Positions 41,167-52,827 of a stretch of 64,000 nt of DNA are shown here, piece after piece. A program made the translations under genes and the position numbers. Within the stretch, counting starts at the first letter, position 1. Each line of letters starts with the position of its first letter. The notes under the pieces were generated by a model. It searched no databases, was not told the DNA's origin, and saw nothing but the letters and a program-made list of their open reading frames with translations. This DNA comes from Savitreella phatthalungensis (lineage: Eukaryota): NCBI GenBank assembly GCA_051599415.1, contig AP039693.1, positions 186,001 to 250,000 on the forward strand, in the 5' to 3' direction.

Positions 41167-44031
41167 TTAGTCGTGCTCGTGCTTGGTCGAGGTGCGCTGG
41201 AGAGCCATGACGAAGTCCTCCAGAGCGCGCGGGTTCTTCGAAGACTTGTTGGTGGCGCGACCGTGCATGGCATTGTCGAAGGCAACAGAGTCGGCAAGCA
41301 GGTAGTAGATACCTGCGAGGACGCAGAAGATGCCGAACGAGAAGAGCCAGACGCGAACGACTGCGACAACCGAAGTCTGACCACCGACGAACCAACCGAA
41401 GAGACAGAAGAAGGTAGCGATGATGTCGACGATGAGAACCGCACCAGCCAACTGCCACGAAGGAATGGAGCTCCAGAAGGGTCCGTTTGCACGAGTGATG
41501 AAGATGAGCCAGTTCTCAGTGAGGGAGATCTCCAGGAAAAGAACCTCGTCGATGACACCGAAGTTCTGCACGATACCGAAGGATCCGGATCCAGAACCGA
41601 CAGCGTGGGCGCCGACACCTCCAGCGTACATGGTGGTGAGACAGATCCAGGTACCGACAGCAAGGGCGACACCAAGGATGGTGGACAGACCCCAGAGCTT
41701 GGGCAGGTTCCACTTGACCGGCGTCATCGAGTATGGCGCGTTGTCGTAGGCGATAGCAAGTGTGGCGACATCGGCAAAGATAGCGATGAAGACGACGAGC
41801 TCGAGCTGGAGGGAGCGGTTGAGAATGATGATCCAGAGACCCAGGAAGATCTCGAGGTGAAGGGAGAGAGCGATACGGTAGACGACGTAAGCGTACATGC
41901 GGTGGAAAATCTGGCGAGAAGTCTTGAGGGCGTCAATGATAGCACCGAGACCGGGCGCAAGGAAGACGATGTCGGCAGCAGAGCGAGCAGCGTCGGAGGC
42001 ACCCTCGACAGCAATACCAGTGTCAGCCTTCTTGAGCGAGGGAGCGTCGTTGACACCGTCACCAGTCATGGCAACAAGGTAACCACGCTGTTGCAGGATC
42101 TCAACAACATTGTACTTGTGCTGGGGGAAGACCTCGGCGAAACCGTCGGCAGCCTCGACAAAGTCGTAGACCTCAGATCCAGGCATGTCACCGCCACCAC
42201 CGAGACCGAGACGCTCAGCGTTGTAGACGTTCGTGCCCATACCAAGCTGACGCATGGTCTCCTTAGCGATTCCAACAGCGTCACCAGTAAGCATCTTAAT
42301 ACGAAGACCGAGACGGACGGCCTCGTTGACCGTCTTACCAGTGTCGTGACGCGGAGGGTCAGAGCAAGGCATGATGCCAAGAATCTGCCAGTTCTCGTTG
42401 CCGACCTTGCGGGCGACACCGAGCGAACGGAAACCACGGGAAGCGAACTCAGCGACCTTGTCCTTGTAAGCGTTGGCAATGTCCTCAGGGACCGGGTGGT
42501 CCTCCTCGACGGTGCGAAGAACGAAGAGAGGTGCACCCTTGACACAGGTCATGCGAACACCCTCTGGGGACTCAACGATAGCGGTGACCTTCTTGCTGAC
42601 GGGGTCGAAGGGGAAAAATTCGAGAAGCTTGTACTTGGACAGCACAGACTTGGGACCAGGGTAGAACTTGAGGGACTTGAGGAAAGCCTTGTCAATAGCG
42701 TCGATACCCTTCTTCTTGCGGGAAGCTGCGAGACATCCGGTGAGCATGAGCTCGTCACCGGATACACCCTCAACAGTGAAAGGTTCGGCAAGGGAAAGTT
42801 TGTTCTTGGTCAGGGTACCAGTCTTGTCAGAGCAGAGAATCTCGACACCAGCAAGGGACTCAATGGCAGAGAGCTTCTGGACGATAGCACGCTTCTTGGC
42901 GAGGTAAGCAGCACCGACAGCCATGGTGGTGGTGACGACGGCGGGAAGTCCAACTGGGACACCAATGATAGTGATGGCGAGGGTGTACTCGAGGATGAGA
43001 ACAATGCCATCTGAACGGTAGAAGGCAGAGACGTAGACACCGAGGAGCGTGACGATGACCAGGACGAGGAGGATCGTTCCGATACCGTTGAGCACCTCAG
43101 TGAAGTGGCCCGTACCGCCGGAAGCCTTGGAAACGAGAGCAGCAGCCTTGCCGACGAAAGTCGAGTCACCAGTGGCGGTGACGACCATGAAGGCCTCGCC
43201 ACGCTTGACAGCAGATGAACCGTACATGTTGTCGCCGCAACGCTTGTCGACAGCGAGAGACTCACCAGTCATGGCAGACTGGTCGACCTGGAGGAAGCAG
43301 TCCTGAGTAACGAGACGGCCGTCAGCGGGGACAATGGTACCCTCCTCAACGTGGAGGATGTCACCAGGAACGACCTCGGGGGCCTCGATGTCGACGAGCT
43401 TGCCGTCACGGAGAACAGTAGCCTTGAGAGCGAGGGTCTTCTTGAGCTCCTCGACGATGGAACCGGCCTGGAACTCCTGAATGAAACCGACAGCAGCGTT
43501 GAGAAGGAGAAGACCACAAATGACACCGAAGTCGACCCAGTCCTGAAGACCGGCAGCGAGGATGGCAGCTGCCTCCATGACGAATTGAATAGGACCAACA
43601 AAGAACATGAGGAACTTGAGGACGAGGTTCTCCTTCTCCTCCTTCATCTGGTTGAGACCGTACTTGCGACGACGGTTCTGGACCTCTGCGGAGGTGAGAC
43701 CAGTCTTAGTGTCGGTCTGGAGGAACTCTTCGGGAACGGGACGGGCAGAGACACCGTCGGCGTTGGAACCGTCCTCATCATCCTCATCGAGACCGTCGGC
43801 AGACTCGAGCTCAGCGATGAGGGCGTCCATGTCCTCGTCCTCATCCTCGTCGTCGTCCACACCGTGTGGTGCAGCAGCGGCTACGGGAGGGCGGGAAGGC
43901 TCCTCGTGCTTCTCGTACTCGTGCTCACCAAGGTAGTCGTGGGTAGATGAAGCTGGGACGCCAGCGGCTGGCTGCTGTGAGGCAGAGCCGTGGTCGTGGG
44001 TCCCCAGAATGGGTGGTGCAGTACCGCTCAT
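41167..44031 (-). CDS. PMA1: Plasma-membrane H+-ATPase (P3A)
   Basis: [38 protein letters not shown]-terminal regulatory [14 protein letters not shown]; strong codon bias. Confidence 0.98.
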   Translation of the reverse strand: MSGTAPPILGTHDHGSASQQPAAGVPASSTHDYLGEHEYEKHEEPSRPPVAAAAPHGVDDDEDEDEDMDALIAELESADGLDEDDEDGSNADGVSARPVPEEFLQTDTKTGLTSAEVQNRRRKYGLNQMKEEKENLVLKFLMFFVGPIQFVMEAAAILAAGLQDWVDFGVICGLLLLNAAVGFIQEFQAGSIVEELKKTLALKATVLRDGKLVDIEAPEVVPGDILHVEEGTIVPADGRLVTQDCFLQVDQSAMTGESLAVDKRCGDNMYGSSAVKRGEAFMVVTATGDSTFVGKAAALVSKASGGTGHFTEVLNGIGTILLVLVIVTLLGVYVSAFYRSDGIVLILEYTLAITIIGVPVGLPAVVTTTMAVGAAYLAKKRAIVQKLSAIESLAGVEILCSDKTGTLTKNKLSLAEPFTVEGVSGDELMLTGCLAASRKKKGIDAIDKAFLKSLKFYPGPKSVLSKYKLLEFFPFDPVSKKVTAIVESPEGVRMTCVKGAPLFVLRTVEEDHPVPEDIANAYKDKVAEFASRGFRSLGVARKVGNENWQILGIMPCSDPPRHDTGKTVNEAVRLGLRIKMLTGDAVGIAKETMRQLGMGTNVYNAERLGLGGGGDMPGSEVYDFVEAADGFAEVFPQHKYNVVEILQQRGYLVAMTGDGVNDAPSLKKADTGIAVEGASDAARSAADIVFLAPGLGAIIDALKTSRQIFHRMYAYVVYRIALSLHLEIFLGLWIIILNRSLQLELVVFIAIFADVATLAIAYDNAPYSMTPVKWNLPKLWGLSTILGVALAVGTWICLTTMYAGGVGAHAVGSGSGSFGIVQNFGVIDEVLFLEISLTENWLIFITRANGPFWSSIPSWQLAGAVLIVDIIATFFCLFGWFVGGQTSVVAVVRVWLFSFGIFCVLAGIYYLLADSVAFDNAMHGRATNKSSKNPRALEDFVMALQRTSTKHEHD

Positions 44032-47000
44032 GATATGTGAGTGGTAAGGCAGGCGGTTGTTGTAGAGAGGGATTGGTAAAAAGGAGTGGTGATGATGAAG
44101 AAGAGTGGTAAGCGGATAGGAGGGTACTTATACCAGAGAGTCTCTCTGTCGATGTGGGTGGGTGGTTGCTAGGCGACCTTTCGCACAACTTGCTGGACGT
44201 GAACAGGATGGTGTAGACCTCGCACCTGATCGTTGGATCTCTATCACACTCTCTCCCTCTCTCACACTCACTCACAGATCCTCCCTCACTCTGCTGCTCT
44301 TTCTCTCTCTCTGTCTCTGCGTGTTTCCTGCTCCGTCGCTCCTAATTCCTTGCCAATCTGGATTTCCAGCCTGTCACTGTTGTAGATGCCCAAGTGACTA
44401 TCTTTGGTTCTCTCACACACAGACAGACTCAGATCCAAACAGAACACAGTCAGATCGAAGTTGAACTGTTGAGCCGACAGGAAGGGTTTTGTCCTATACC
44501 AGCTTTAGCTACCTTTTATTTTCGTCCTCGTCGTAGTAGTCTCGACCGATTGCAGATTCGATATCAAATCTGGATATGATTGCTGTGAGAGTTAGCTAGC
44601 CAAAGACAGAGAAAGACAGAGAAAAGGAAAGGTCGCGAGAGAGAGGTTGGGATGCGACGGCTAGTGTGTCCATCGGAGCAGCGAAACTTTCAAAGCCAGC
44701 CGTCAATAGCTACAGATACACGTTCTCACCTTCGGTAGATTGTGTTAATCAAACCGTTGCGGAATGTGTGGCAGGGGATACTCAACAAGGTCAAGTCAGG
44801 GTTTTCTCAAATATCGGTCTGGCACATGAATCAGAAACGTGTGAGGGGAATAGAATAAGTGGAAGTTTGAGGATCGGTTGCAAATCGTCACTACGGGCAA
44901 ACCAAAATAAAAATAAGGAAGCATTGGGTCGAGAACACTTCCCTTCCAGCTACAAGTTTCTTCGTTTTGAAAAGCAAATTACGTTAAGCGCATCAGCCGG
45001 AAGTTACCGCGAACTGGATTCGCAAGAGTTTCACAATCTGGGAACACTAGAAATATTTATTGACTGTTGACCTCAGCGTTGCATACATCCAATTTCATTT
45101 CCATTCTGAGTGGACTTGGATTGATTCATTCCTATCGCTTCTTGACCGTTATCTTCCACTCGGCCGGCCGGTCGATCTTCAGTCACGGCCGTGGGTGACT
45201 GCCGACTTCTGATAGGCTTTCGACCGATCCGAAGGTGACTAGCCAGGTCGGGATAGCAGGCTGGCTAAAAGTCCATTCCTCGGAAGCCCAATCCGGTTTG
45301 ACCGGACAACGTACAGATCATGCTCGACATGCATGTGTGAGCAATATTACAGCGCTGAGTCTACAGACTCTGTGACCCCTCATTCTGAACGTGATATCAC
45401 GCCAACAGAGAATTCGCGTGACTGATATGAGTACGGCCTACGTCACTTCCTGGTGCTCTGCTGGAAACCTTTTCAAGATAATGTACGTCGCAGAGGTTAC
45501 GATGATTGTAGGGAGACGGCCATGCGTCCACAGGATTTATTAATTGTGTACGCATGTTAGTCAAAGCGAGTCAGTCACCTGGCCATGTGCAGCTAGACAT
45601 GCATCGGTCATAGCTGCAGCGCCTCTACTGCGAAAGCCTCAGATCGGCGTACATCGCCCAAAATTTCCCTCTTCCTGAAACATGGATTAACCTGTCAACG
45701 ATAGTGCATTCATATCCCGTGGATGTCGACGATGAACAATCTACGGTAATCTTTTCTGTCCAGGGTCATCGGCTCGTGGGATCTTCCAGTGCCATCAGTG
45801 TATTGCCAGTATTGGCTATGACAGCAAAGTCTCGTCCATGTATACAGGAGAGAACATCAGGTACACACGCACAATCGCGTGCTCTTCCATCGATCCCCAG
45901 TCTCAAATGAAGAGCTGCAGCTTGCATATTATGGATGTCCTGGTTCGGCGTGAGCAGTCTTGACCACTCTCTCTCAAATTCTGGACCTGCTCGAGCGAAG
46001 TTCTCAGCCCTTTATTGTTGAGGCTTATCCACGAGCAGCTGAGATGAACGGTTATTGGCCAATACCTGATCGAACCGAGAAGAAATTTGTCGGCAAGATC
46101 GTTCGGCAGTTGGCTGAACCCGTGGACCCCGGCCACAGCAGGAAATCTCTGTTCGGCCGCCAAATTACCGTCTGCATAATAATTCTTAACAGCGGAAATT
46201 GGGAAGACTGCTGAAGCGGAAATTTAGCTAGGCGCTTGGATCAGGCTACGGCAAATTTGCGGCCGTGCACACCTATTCAAGCCACAAGAATTTCCGTTGA
46301 CCTCCCGCGATATTGCGTGTGCATCAACGTCAAATGCCTCGTTCAAGTCTAGGATCTAGCAAGGCTGGGCAACTCACATAGATGTATCAATTGCTGGTGT
46401 CAGAGGTGTTTTGAAACCTGTAAAAATCGCAGCTTGCAATTGGGATATCCTGCTTGTGCTAGTGGGACACTAATAGCGACACGGATCGTCGTCTGCCATG
46501 TGCAGACAGGTCCACTCCCGAAAGCCTTGTCATCTCCTGGTGGGTTGATGCGTGCGGTGCCTTGATGCACTACGCACGGATTCCTTCTTCTGCCCAACCG
46601 GCTGGCTTGGGCCGCTTGACCGACATCTTTGTGAGATCTCAGCTACGAATCGCTAAAATTCTGAAATTGTGCTTGATCAAATCCAGTCAAATTGCGATAG
46701 GACGCTGCGCCCTGCTTTGGCCCGTTCTTTGCCCCGGAAATGGCGGCCCGGACAGAGGCGCAGTGAGGTTGCAACTCGACCTTCACCGCTATGCGTGGTT
46801 CCTTGACATCAAACGGTCAAAGCGTGGGATGAAACACATCAATTCGCCTGATCACACGAAAGCCCGTTAATCACAGAACCATATAAGTGAGACAATTTGT
46901 CGAGTGTCTCTTCGTGAGCTCGCACATGCGGCTGCAAATAGTCAAGGTGAGTGGAAGCGACATTCGCTCACGTGTTTCTTAATGCCGATCAAAAAGAATC

Positions 47001-48031
47001 GACTCGCACCTTCCTCGTGCCTATGCACGTGAATGAGATCTGGGAGTAATGGCTCAGGGTGGCCGTACAGGTGGATCACTCACCAGCAAGCTCTGGTCAT
47101 AGCCTTCTAGGGATGGTCAGATTGCGTCTTGCAGCACAGAGCGTCTCGATGACCGAAGATTGGCTACTTTTACTTGCAGGGTCATAGAAACGATACCGTT
47201 TACATCGAATCATCTCTTGACTAGGTGTGTTGTTGGTCTTTGGCTGTTAGTCAGTTCATATCGCAAGTGATGTCTGTAACACAAAGTAGAGCTGAAAATC
47301 CCGGTAATTCATGAGAAATTTGCTTCTGTCATGGGCAAATCTTGCGTGCGATGGCACACAGGAACACGCCAGTGCCAGTCTTCATCTACGTTCACGCCAA
47401 GCTATATATACATCGCTCGGTTTCAGCTGTGGAGATTTCATAGCGAGAAACCACCCCATTGTACCTGGATATCAGTGCCGCTTGCGTCATGCAAGTTATC
47501 TCATCGTCAATAGAGCAGAGACATATCTGAGGTAGAGGGAGAGTACCAGTCATTTGTGTGGATAGCCCGAGCGGGACGGGACAGTCTCGGCGCTTCGTTG
47601 CCACATTGCTGTTCCAGCCAATAGGAACTCAATTTTAATTGGTCGATAGTAAATCTTCTTTTTCTGTGGGGCCACGCGGGCGGGATCAATGCCCACAAGG
47701 AACGCTGCAGCACGCATTCGGGCCAAGACATCCTTCGTGGGTGTCACACGCGAGCGACCACCATCAGCAGGTCTCTCGAATAGGCTTACTCTTAGTCAAT
47801 CTCCTGCTCTCAGACAAAAGCTGGAGGCCAACAACTCGGATCTTCATCTGCAAGGTCGGTCGCGGTAGTCTACCTGAAGCACCGGCGCTGTATCGTTACG
47901 CTTACGCGCAACAGCTCGGCCTTGGCAACAGTACCGGAAGCGCTTGTCGACATGTGCCTTTAGATCGCCGAAAATTGACTTGACATCTATCGACTTCAGA
48001 AGACACGCCGAAAGTAGAGCATCGATCGATA

Positions 48032-49333
48032 ATGCCGACTCGTCGGATCAGTATTAAGGGACCTCGGAACCACGACATTCCGGGTCGGCTTTACATCCCA
48101 TCTCCATGCAACGCGCCGACACGATGCGCAGTTATCGCGCATCCCTATTTTCATCACGCAGGTACTATGGACAATCCAATGGTGGTCGAATTGGCCTGTC
48201 TTCTGCAAAGCCTCGGATGGGTCTGCTTGACATTCGACTTCCGCGGGCATCGTGGCGCCGGCGCCGGCGCTGGGGCGTCCTGGCGCGGACACGTCGAGAG
48301 AGCTGACCTGCAGTCCTGTGTAGATTGGCTCTTGCATGCATACGAATCTTTGAACTTTGTGTGCATGGCTGGCTACTCGTACGGCGCACTCGTCGCGAGC
48401 TCCTGCTTACCGCACCCGCTTCCGGACCGCAAGGTTGAATGCAGCTGGTTATTCGTCTCACTACCTTTGGATGCTTATAAATACTCACTATGGATGTTTC
48501 CGAAGCCGCGACGGACGTGCAATGTTCGCTACGTCCTCCCGACCGAAGAGCGGCTCGCAAATCCGCGGAAGTCCTTCTCGGCAGGACTATCGGCGCTGTC
48601 GCGTAACATTACATCGCGTGGCTCGATGTCCGGCACAAGACCGACCAAAGGCGGATCACAAGAGCTTCCATCGGTCATGATCACCACGCCGCAAGGCGAC
48701 GTCGCCAATGAAACAGTGGAAGGTGCCGAGGATGCACCGCTCAGTATGGCTCAGGCTGCCAACGCGTTGTCCGCAATTACAACAATGACCAGCACAATCC
48801 AGGAAGCACGTCCTCAGCCAGCTCGCATGACATCCTCAGAGAGCGTCCTTGGCAGGCTCGCGAGACGCACACTCACGCCGTTGGCACGCAACGAAAGCTC
48901 CAATTCACTCCGATCCCTGAGCAGCAATGCGACGGCGAGCACCAGCACGACCGCGACCACCCTTTCCTATCGCTCAGCCCAATCAGCCTCAGCTAAGGCA
49001 AAGCAGAACAAGGCTGGGTTCAACCCACACGTTCTGGCTATTTGGGGCACGAAAGACGAATTCGCCTCGAAGCGACGATGCGAGGCAAAACGATCGCGTA
49101 AGCACGGCTGGCGATGCGAGTTTGTCCCGGGCGCCACACACTGGTTCGATGAGGAGCAAGACGAAATCATCAAACAGGTGCTCGAGAAGGTGCAAGCTTG
49201 GGTAGACAACGAGCTCGAGCGTCCACTCCACGACGCCGACGAGGACTTGTACAAGCTGCTGCAGGATCTGCCGACTCGTCGCAGTATTCAACCTATCGAC
49301 CTCGATTCACAGATTACCCGCCTGGCAGTATGA
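48032..49333 (+). CDS. Alpha/beta-hydrolase fold protein with S/T-rich insertion
   Basis: AHPY..GTMDNP, FDFRG, nucleophile GYSYG, WGTKDEF (Asp), GATHWF (His). Confidence 0.85.
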   Translation: MPTRRISIKGPRNHDIPGRLYIPSPCNAPTRCAVIAHPYFHHAGTMDNPMVVELACLLQSLGWVCLTFDFRGHRGAGAGAGASWRGHVERADLQSCVDWLLHAYESLNFVCMAGYSYGALVASSCLPHPLPDRKVECSWLFVSLPLDAYKYSLWMFPKPRRTCNVRYVLPTEERLANPRKSFSAGLSALSRNITSRGSMSGTRPTKGGSQELPSVMITTPQGDVANETVEGAEDAPLSMAQAANALSAITTMTSTIQEARPQPARMTSSESVLGRLARRTLTPLARNESSNSLRSLSSNATASTSTTATTLSYRSAQSASAKAKQNKAGFNPHVLAIWGTKDEFASKRRCEAKRSRKHGWRCEFVPGATHWFDEEQDEIIKQVLEKVQAWVDNELERPLHDADEDLYKLLQDLPTRRSIQPIDLDSQITRLAV

Positions 49334-49426
49334 AAATGCCAAAGCGACCACGATTTCCGGTAACTTCATTCTCCACAGATTCTTCATTGTACATAGGCTC
49401 TCTTACAATTCTCATGGCATGCATCC

Positions 49427-50593
49427 TTACAACTTGGTCTTCGACTTCGGTGGTGCGTCTTGCTGCATGCGAATCAGGCCTTCCTGGATACACTCTGCGA
49501 CAAGGGTACCGTCGCGCTGAAAGATGCGACCAATGTTGAAACCCCTGCCGGAGCCTGTCCACGGAGACTCCATCTCGAAATAGAGCCAGTCGTCGGCCTT
49601 GGTCGGCGTGTGGAAGTAGATAGAGTGGTCGAGGGAGGCCATCATGGATACGTCTCGGGGCGACTTGCCATTCACCCGGAGCGAGGTCGACAGGAACCAG
49701 GAGTCGGAGAAATAAGCGATGCACATGGCGTGCATGTGGACGCCGCCAGCGATTTTGCCCTTCGCTTTCGCCCAATAAGCTTGCTTGCGCTTGTATGGGG
49801 GCAAGACTTTGTCAAGCCCGAGGCCAAGTGGAGATGAGGGCTTAGCATTGCCATTTCCTGCTCTTGCCGTCGTGGCAGAAGACGCGGAGGATAAGTCCGA
49901 TAAGCGTGAGCTGTCGAGTCCCTTGAGCTTATCATGGAGCTCTGGATACAAGTATTGCTGAGGAACCATGCGCGACTCGGTCGGACCGATTGTCATGTTG
50001 TGGATGAGCCTGCGCCTGAGTTCTTCCGAAATGGTGAAATGCGCAGCGTTCTTGGACGACAGCAGTTCTTCATCACTTGGCAATGACTCGGGCTTTGGTA
50101 CATGCGGAGGCATTTGCGCTTGGTGCGTCAGCGTCGACGTCTCTGGGCGCTGGAAAGAGCACGTGACGGTGAAGATGACGCGATTCCGCTGGCGCGCTTG
50201 AACAGTGCGCGTGATATATGACTTTCCATCGCGCACACGCTCGACGTGATAAACGACAGGTCTCGTCTCGTCTCCCTTCAAGACAAAGTATGAGTGAAGC
50301 GAGTGAATGAAATAGCCATCGGGCACCGTCTTCGATGCTGCGCTCAGCGACTGCGCAATCACGGCGCCGCCAAAGATACCTCGTGCCCCTGCCGGACGCC
50401 ACAGCTGCTTTGCCGAACGGTAAATATCGTAGTCTAGTTCTTCCAGCTCCAGATTGGACTCAATCATAGATAGCAAGTCATCTGAATTGTTGCCGTTGCC
50501 ATTGCCATTGCTGTTGTTATTGTTGCTAGCCCCGCCGCTGCCACTTGCGCCAGAAGCCGCGCTCATACTCCACGGTTGACCAACACGCGACAT
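49427..50593 (-). CDS. Acyl-CoA thioesterase II (TesB/Tes1/ACOT8), probably peroxisomal
   Basis: RGIFGGAVIAQ, HSLHSYF, RVRDGKSYITRTV-A-Q, AYFSD, SLDHSIYFH, QEG; C-terminal KSKTKL. Confidence 0.93.
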   Translation of the reverse strand: MSRVGQPWSMSAASGASGSGGASNNNNSNGNGNGNNSDDLLSMIESNLELEELDYDIYRSAKQLWRPAGARGIFGGAVIAQSLSAASKTVPDGYFIHSLHSYFVLKGDETRPVVYHVERVRDGKSYITRTVQARQRNRVIFTVTCSFQRPETSTLTHQAQMPPHVPKPESLPSDEELLSSKNAAHFTISEELRRRLIHNMTIGPTESRMVPQQYLYPELHDKLKGLDSSRLSDLSSASSATTARAGNGNAKPSSPLGLGLDKVLPPYKRKQAYWAKAKGKIAGGVHMHAMCIAYFSDSWFLSTSLRVNGKSPRDVSMMASLDHSIYFHTPTKADDWLYFEMESPWTGSGRGFNIGRIFQRDGTLVAECIQEGLIRMQQDAPPKSKTKL

Positions 50594-51430
50594 GACTTCT
50601 CCAAAGATCGTCAACGAGGATTTTTGGCTTTAAATGGCTCGGGAATCGCTAATTGATTTAGAGACTTCCGACTTGGTAACAAATGCGACAGTCAATACGA
50701 AGGTTGTTCTCGTCGTCGGTGATGATGTGGACGGATCACGGTACCGAGACACGGGTATTGATGGCAGAAGCCGTTCAGCTAAAGCTAGCCATACAGTCTG
50801 AAGAGTAGAGGCTGAATCGAAAATGGACCGCGGCTCCCCCACTCGCTCGATCGAAATAGTTTGATCCAAAATTCACAGAGTCGCTAATCCGCAGAAAAGG
50901 GGGGGGGGGGATTTGCACAGATCTAGAATCGATTCAATTTGACATATTGTGTATCGACCAATTGATGGCCTCTGAAGTATTCACATATTTTCGAAATTAA
51001 ATCAATTATGCGATTGAGTCTATCACATGCGCTCAATTTCTTCTTTCCACCGCAGAACCAATGTAGCCTAATCACACCTTCCACATTAATCACTGAAAGT
51101 CATCTTGAGTGTCGACTACTCGAAGCTTCGTCACCTCATTCGTTAACAGCTCTCACTTACCTTACATGCACACTCTAGGCTCGATTTTCCAACCTGCAGT
51201 AAAGTTATCAATTTTGCAAATCTGTCAGTGATAATATCAATATTAGTATTTGATCACATATGAATTACTCATTTCACCACTACTCCATTGTCAAGGCACC
51301 GTGCAACATCATCATCTAGGAGTACAAGACCAGTGAATCAGAAGAATTTCAGAGCACTGAGCTTTGTGGTGCGCTGTCAATCATCCGGGGAACCTTGCTT
51401 GATCCCGTGCCGACTTAGGTGGCGAGACAG

Positions 51431-52705
51431 ATGACTGATATGGCGGCGCAGAAGGAGCTTGTGACAGCAACACTGAGCTACATCTTCTCTTTCCTGAAGG
51501 AACAAGAGCTTTCTGAAGCGGCAGCAGCTTTGTTGGCTGAGGTTACCGTCAAAGGTGGCGAAACTGCTGGCTCAGCGCTTCTACGCGAGCCGACCCATGC
51601 ACTCCTCGACGTGGTCGAAGAGTTCCGCCGAGCTCACGCAGACAGCCTAGGCGATCATGAATGGTTTGCGGCGGCCTCTGACGAGTCCGAAGCTGGGGAC
51701 GACACGAGCAGTAGCGGCTCGTCAGACTCAGAATCTAGTTCTGATTCCGACTCTGACTCAGACTCGAGCTCCGAATCTGGCTCGAGCTCTGACTCTGAAT
51801 CCGGCTCGAGCTCTGATTCTGACTCTGTCTCCAATTCCAGCACGAGCTCCAGCTCTGACTCGAGCAGCGATTCCGAATCAGGCTCTGAGTCTGAATCTGA
51901 TTCCGCATCAAGCAGTGATGGAGAAGTTGTAGCCGCTATGGCCAAGGAGATTGTGGCGAAGGCCGCCGAGAAGGTCGAGGCAGACATTACTGACGCCGCA
52001 GATGACGCCGCTAATAGTGATGAGGAGAATTCCTCAGATGAGAGCAGCAGCGACGAAAGCAGTAGCGACGAGAGCAGCGAAGAAGAGGACTCCTCAGATG
52101 AAAGCAGCAGCGAAGAAAGTTCATCCGATGAAAACAGCAGTAGTGAAGACGAGGAGGGCTCGTCAGACGAAAGCAGTGACGAGGCAGTGGCAGAGCTTGC
52201 TCCACCTGTTGTGGTACCTTCCAAGAAGCGCTCCCGGGAGAGTGATTCAGAGACATCCTCCCGCACAGCGTCGAGCGCAAGTGAGAGTTCAAACACTGGC
52301 GCGACTAGTCGGCAAGCGGTGGATGCCACTTCACAAGGCAAGGACGATGCTGTTGTGAAGGTGGAAGAGGCGGTCGTTACAACGACCAGAACTACAGTGA
52401 CATCTTCTGGAGAGACAAGCTCGACGGCGAAGCGACAAAAAGTGGCACAAGTGACCAAAGCATCCGGCGAGAAGGTCAATGTGCCCTTTTCCCGGATCGA
52501 CACCTCGAAAGTGGCATTCGCAGGCGATGCGCTTCGATCCAATGCATACGCGGGTCCTGACAGCGAGTATGGTGCGAGGGCGTCCGCGGATCTGTTGAAG
52601 ACTCGCGGCAAGGGTTTTACAAAGGAGAAGAACAAGAAAAAGCGCGGCTCGTACAGAGGCGGAGCCATCGACCAGTCCACACGCTCTTTCAGATTCGACG
52701 ATTAG
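51431..52705 (+). CDS. SRP40: Nucleolar Srp40/Nopp140-like protein
   Basis: LisH-like N-terminus, acidic serine tracts, SRP40_C motif PFSRID..DLLKTRGKGFTKEKNKKKRGSYRGGAID. Confidence 0.92.
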   Translation: MTDMAAQKELVTATLSYIFSFLKEQELSEAAAALLAEVTVKGGETAGSALLREPTHALLDVVEEFRRAHADSLGDHEWFAAASDESEAGDDTSSSGSSDSESSSDSDSDSDSSSESGSSSDSESGSSSDSDSVSNSSTSSSSDSSSDSESGSESESDSASSSDGEVVAAMAKEIVAKAAEKVEADITDAADDAANSDEENSSDESSSDESSSDESSEEEDSSDESSSEESSSDENSSSEDEEGSSDESSDEAVAELAPPVVVPSKKRSRESDSETSSRTASSASESSNTGATSRQAVDATSQGKDDAVVKVEEAVVTTTRTTVTSSGETSSTAKRQKVAQVTKASGEKVNVPFSRIDTSKVAFAGDALRSNAYAGPDSEYGARASADLLKTRGKGFTKEKNKKKRGSYRGGAIDQSTRSFRFDD

Positions 52706-52827
52706 ATGACTGACAGCGTGACACGGCGAACAGATGAACTTGAAGTGGTCATGATATATATGTAATTAGTCGTGGAGTCGTTTGTCATGATTAGATCTGT
52801 GTTGCTCGATCTGCCCGACGACAATCG

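Noticed and set aside
41110..43950. Long antisense ORFs (634 aa and 199 aa) opposite PMA1
   Set aside because: Expected shadow of strong codon bias in a highly expressed gene; in register with PMA1 codons and no independent motifs
51655..52680. 341-aa antisense ORF opposite SRP40
   Set aside because: Mirror of the low-complexity Ser/Asp/Glu repeats
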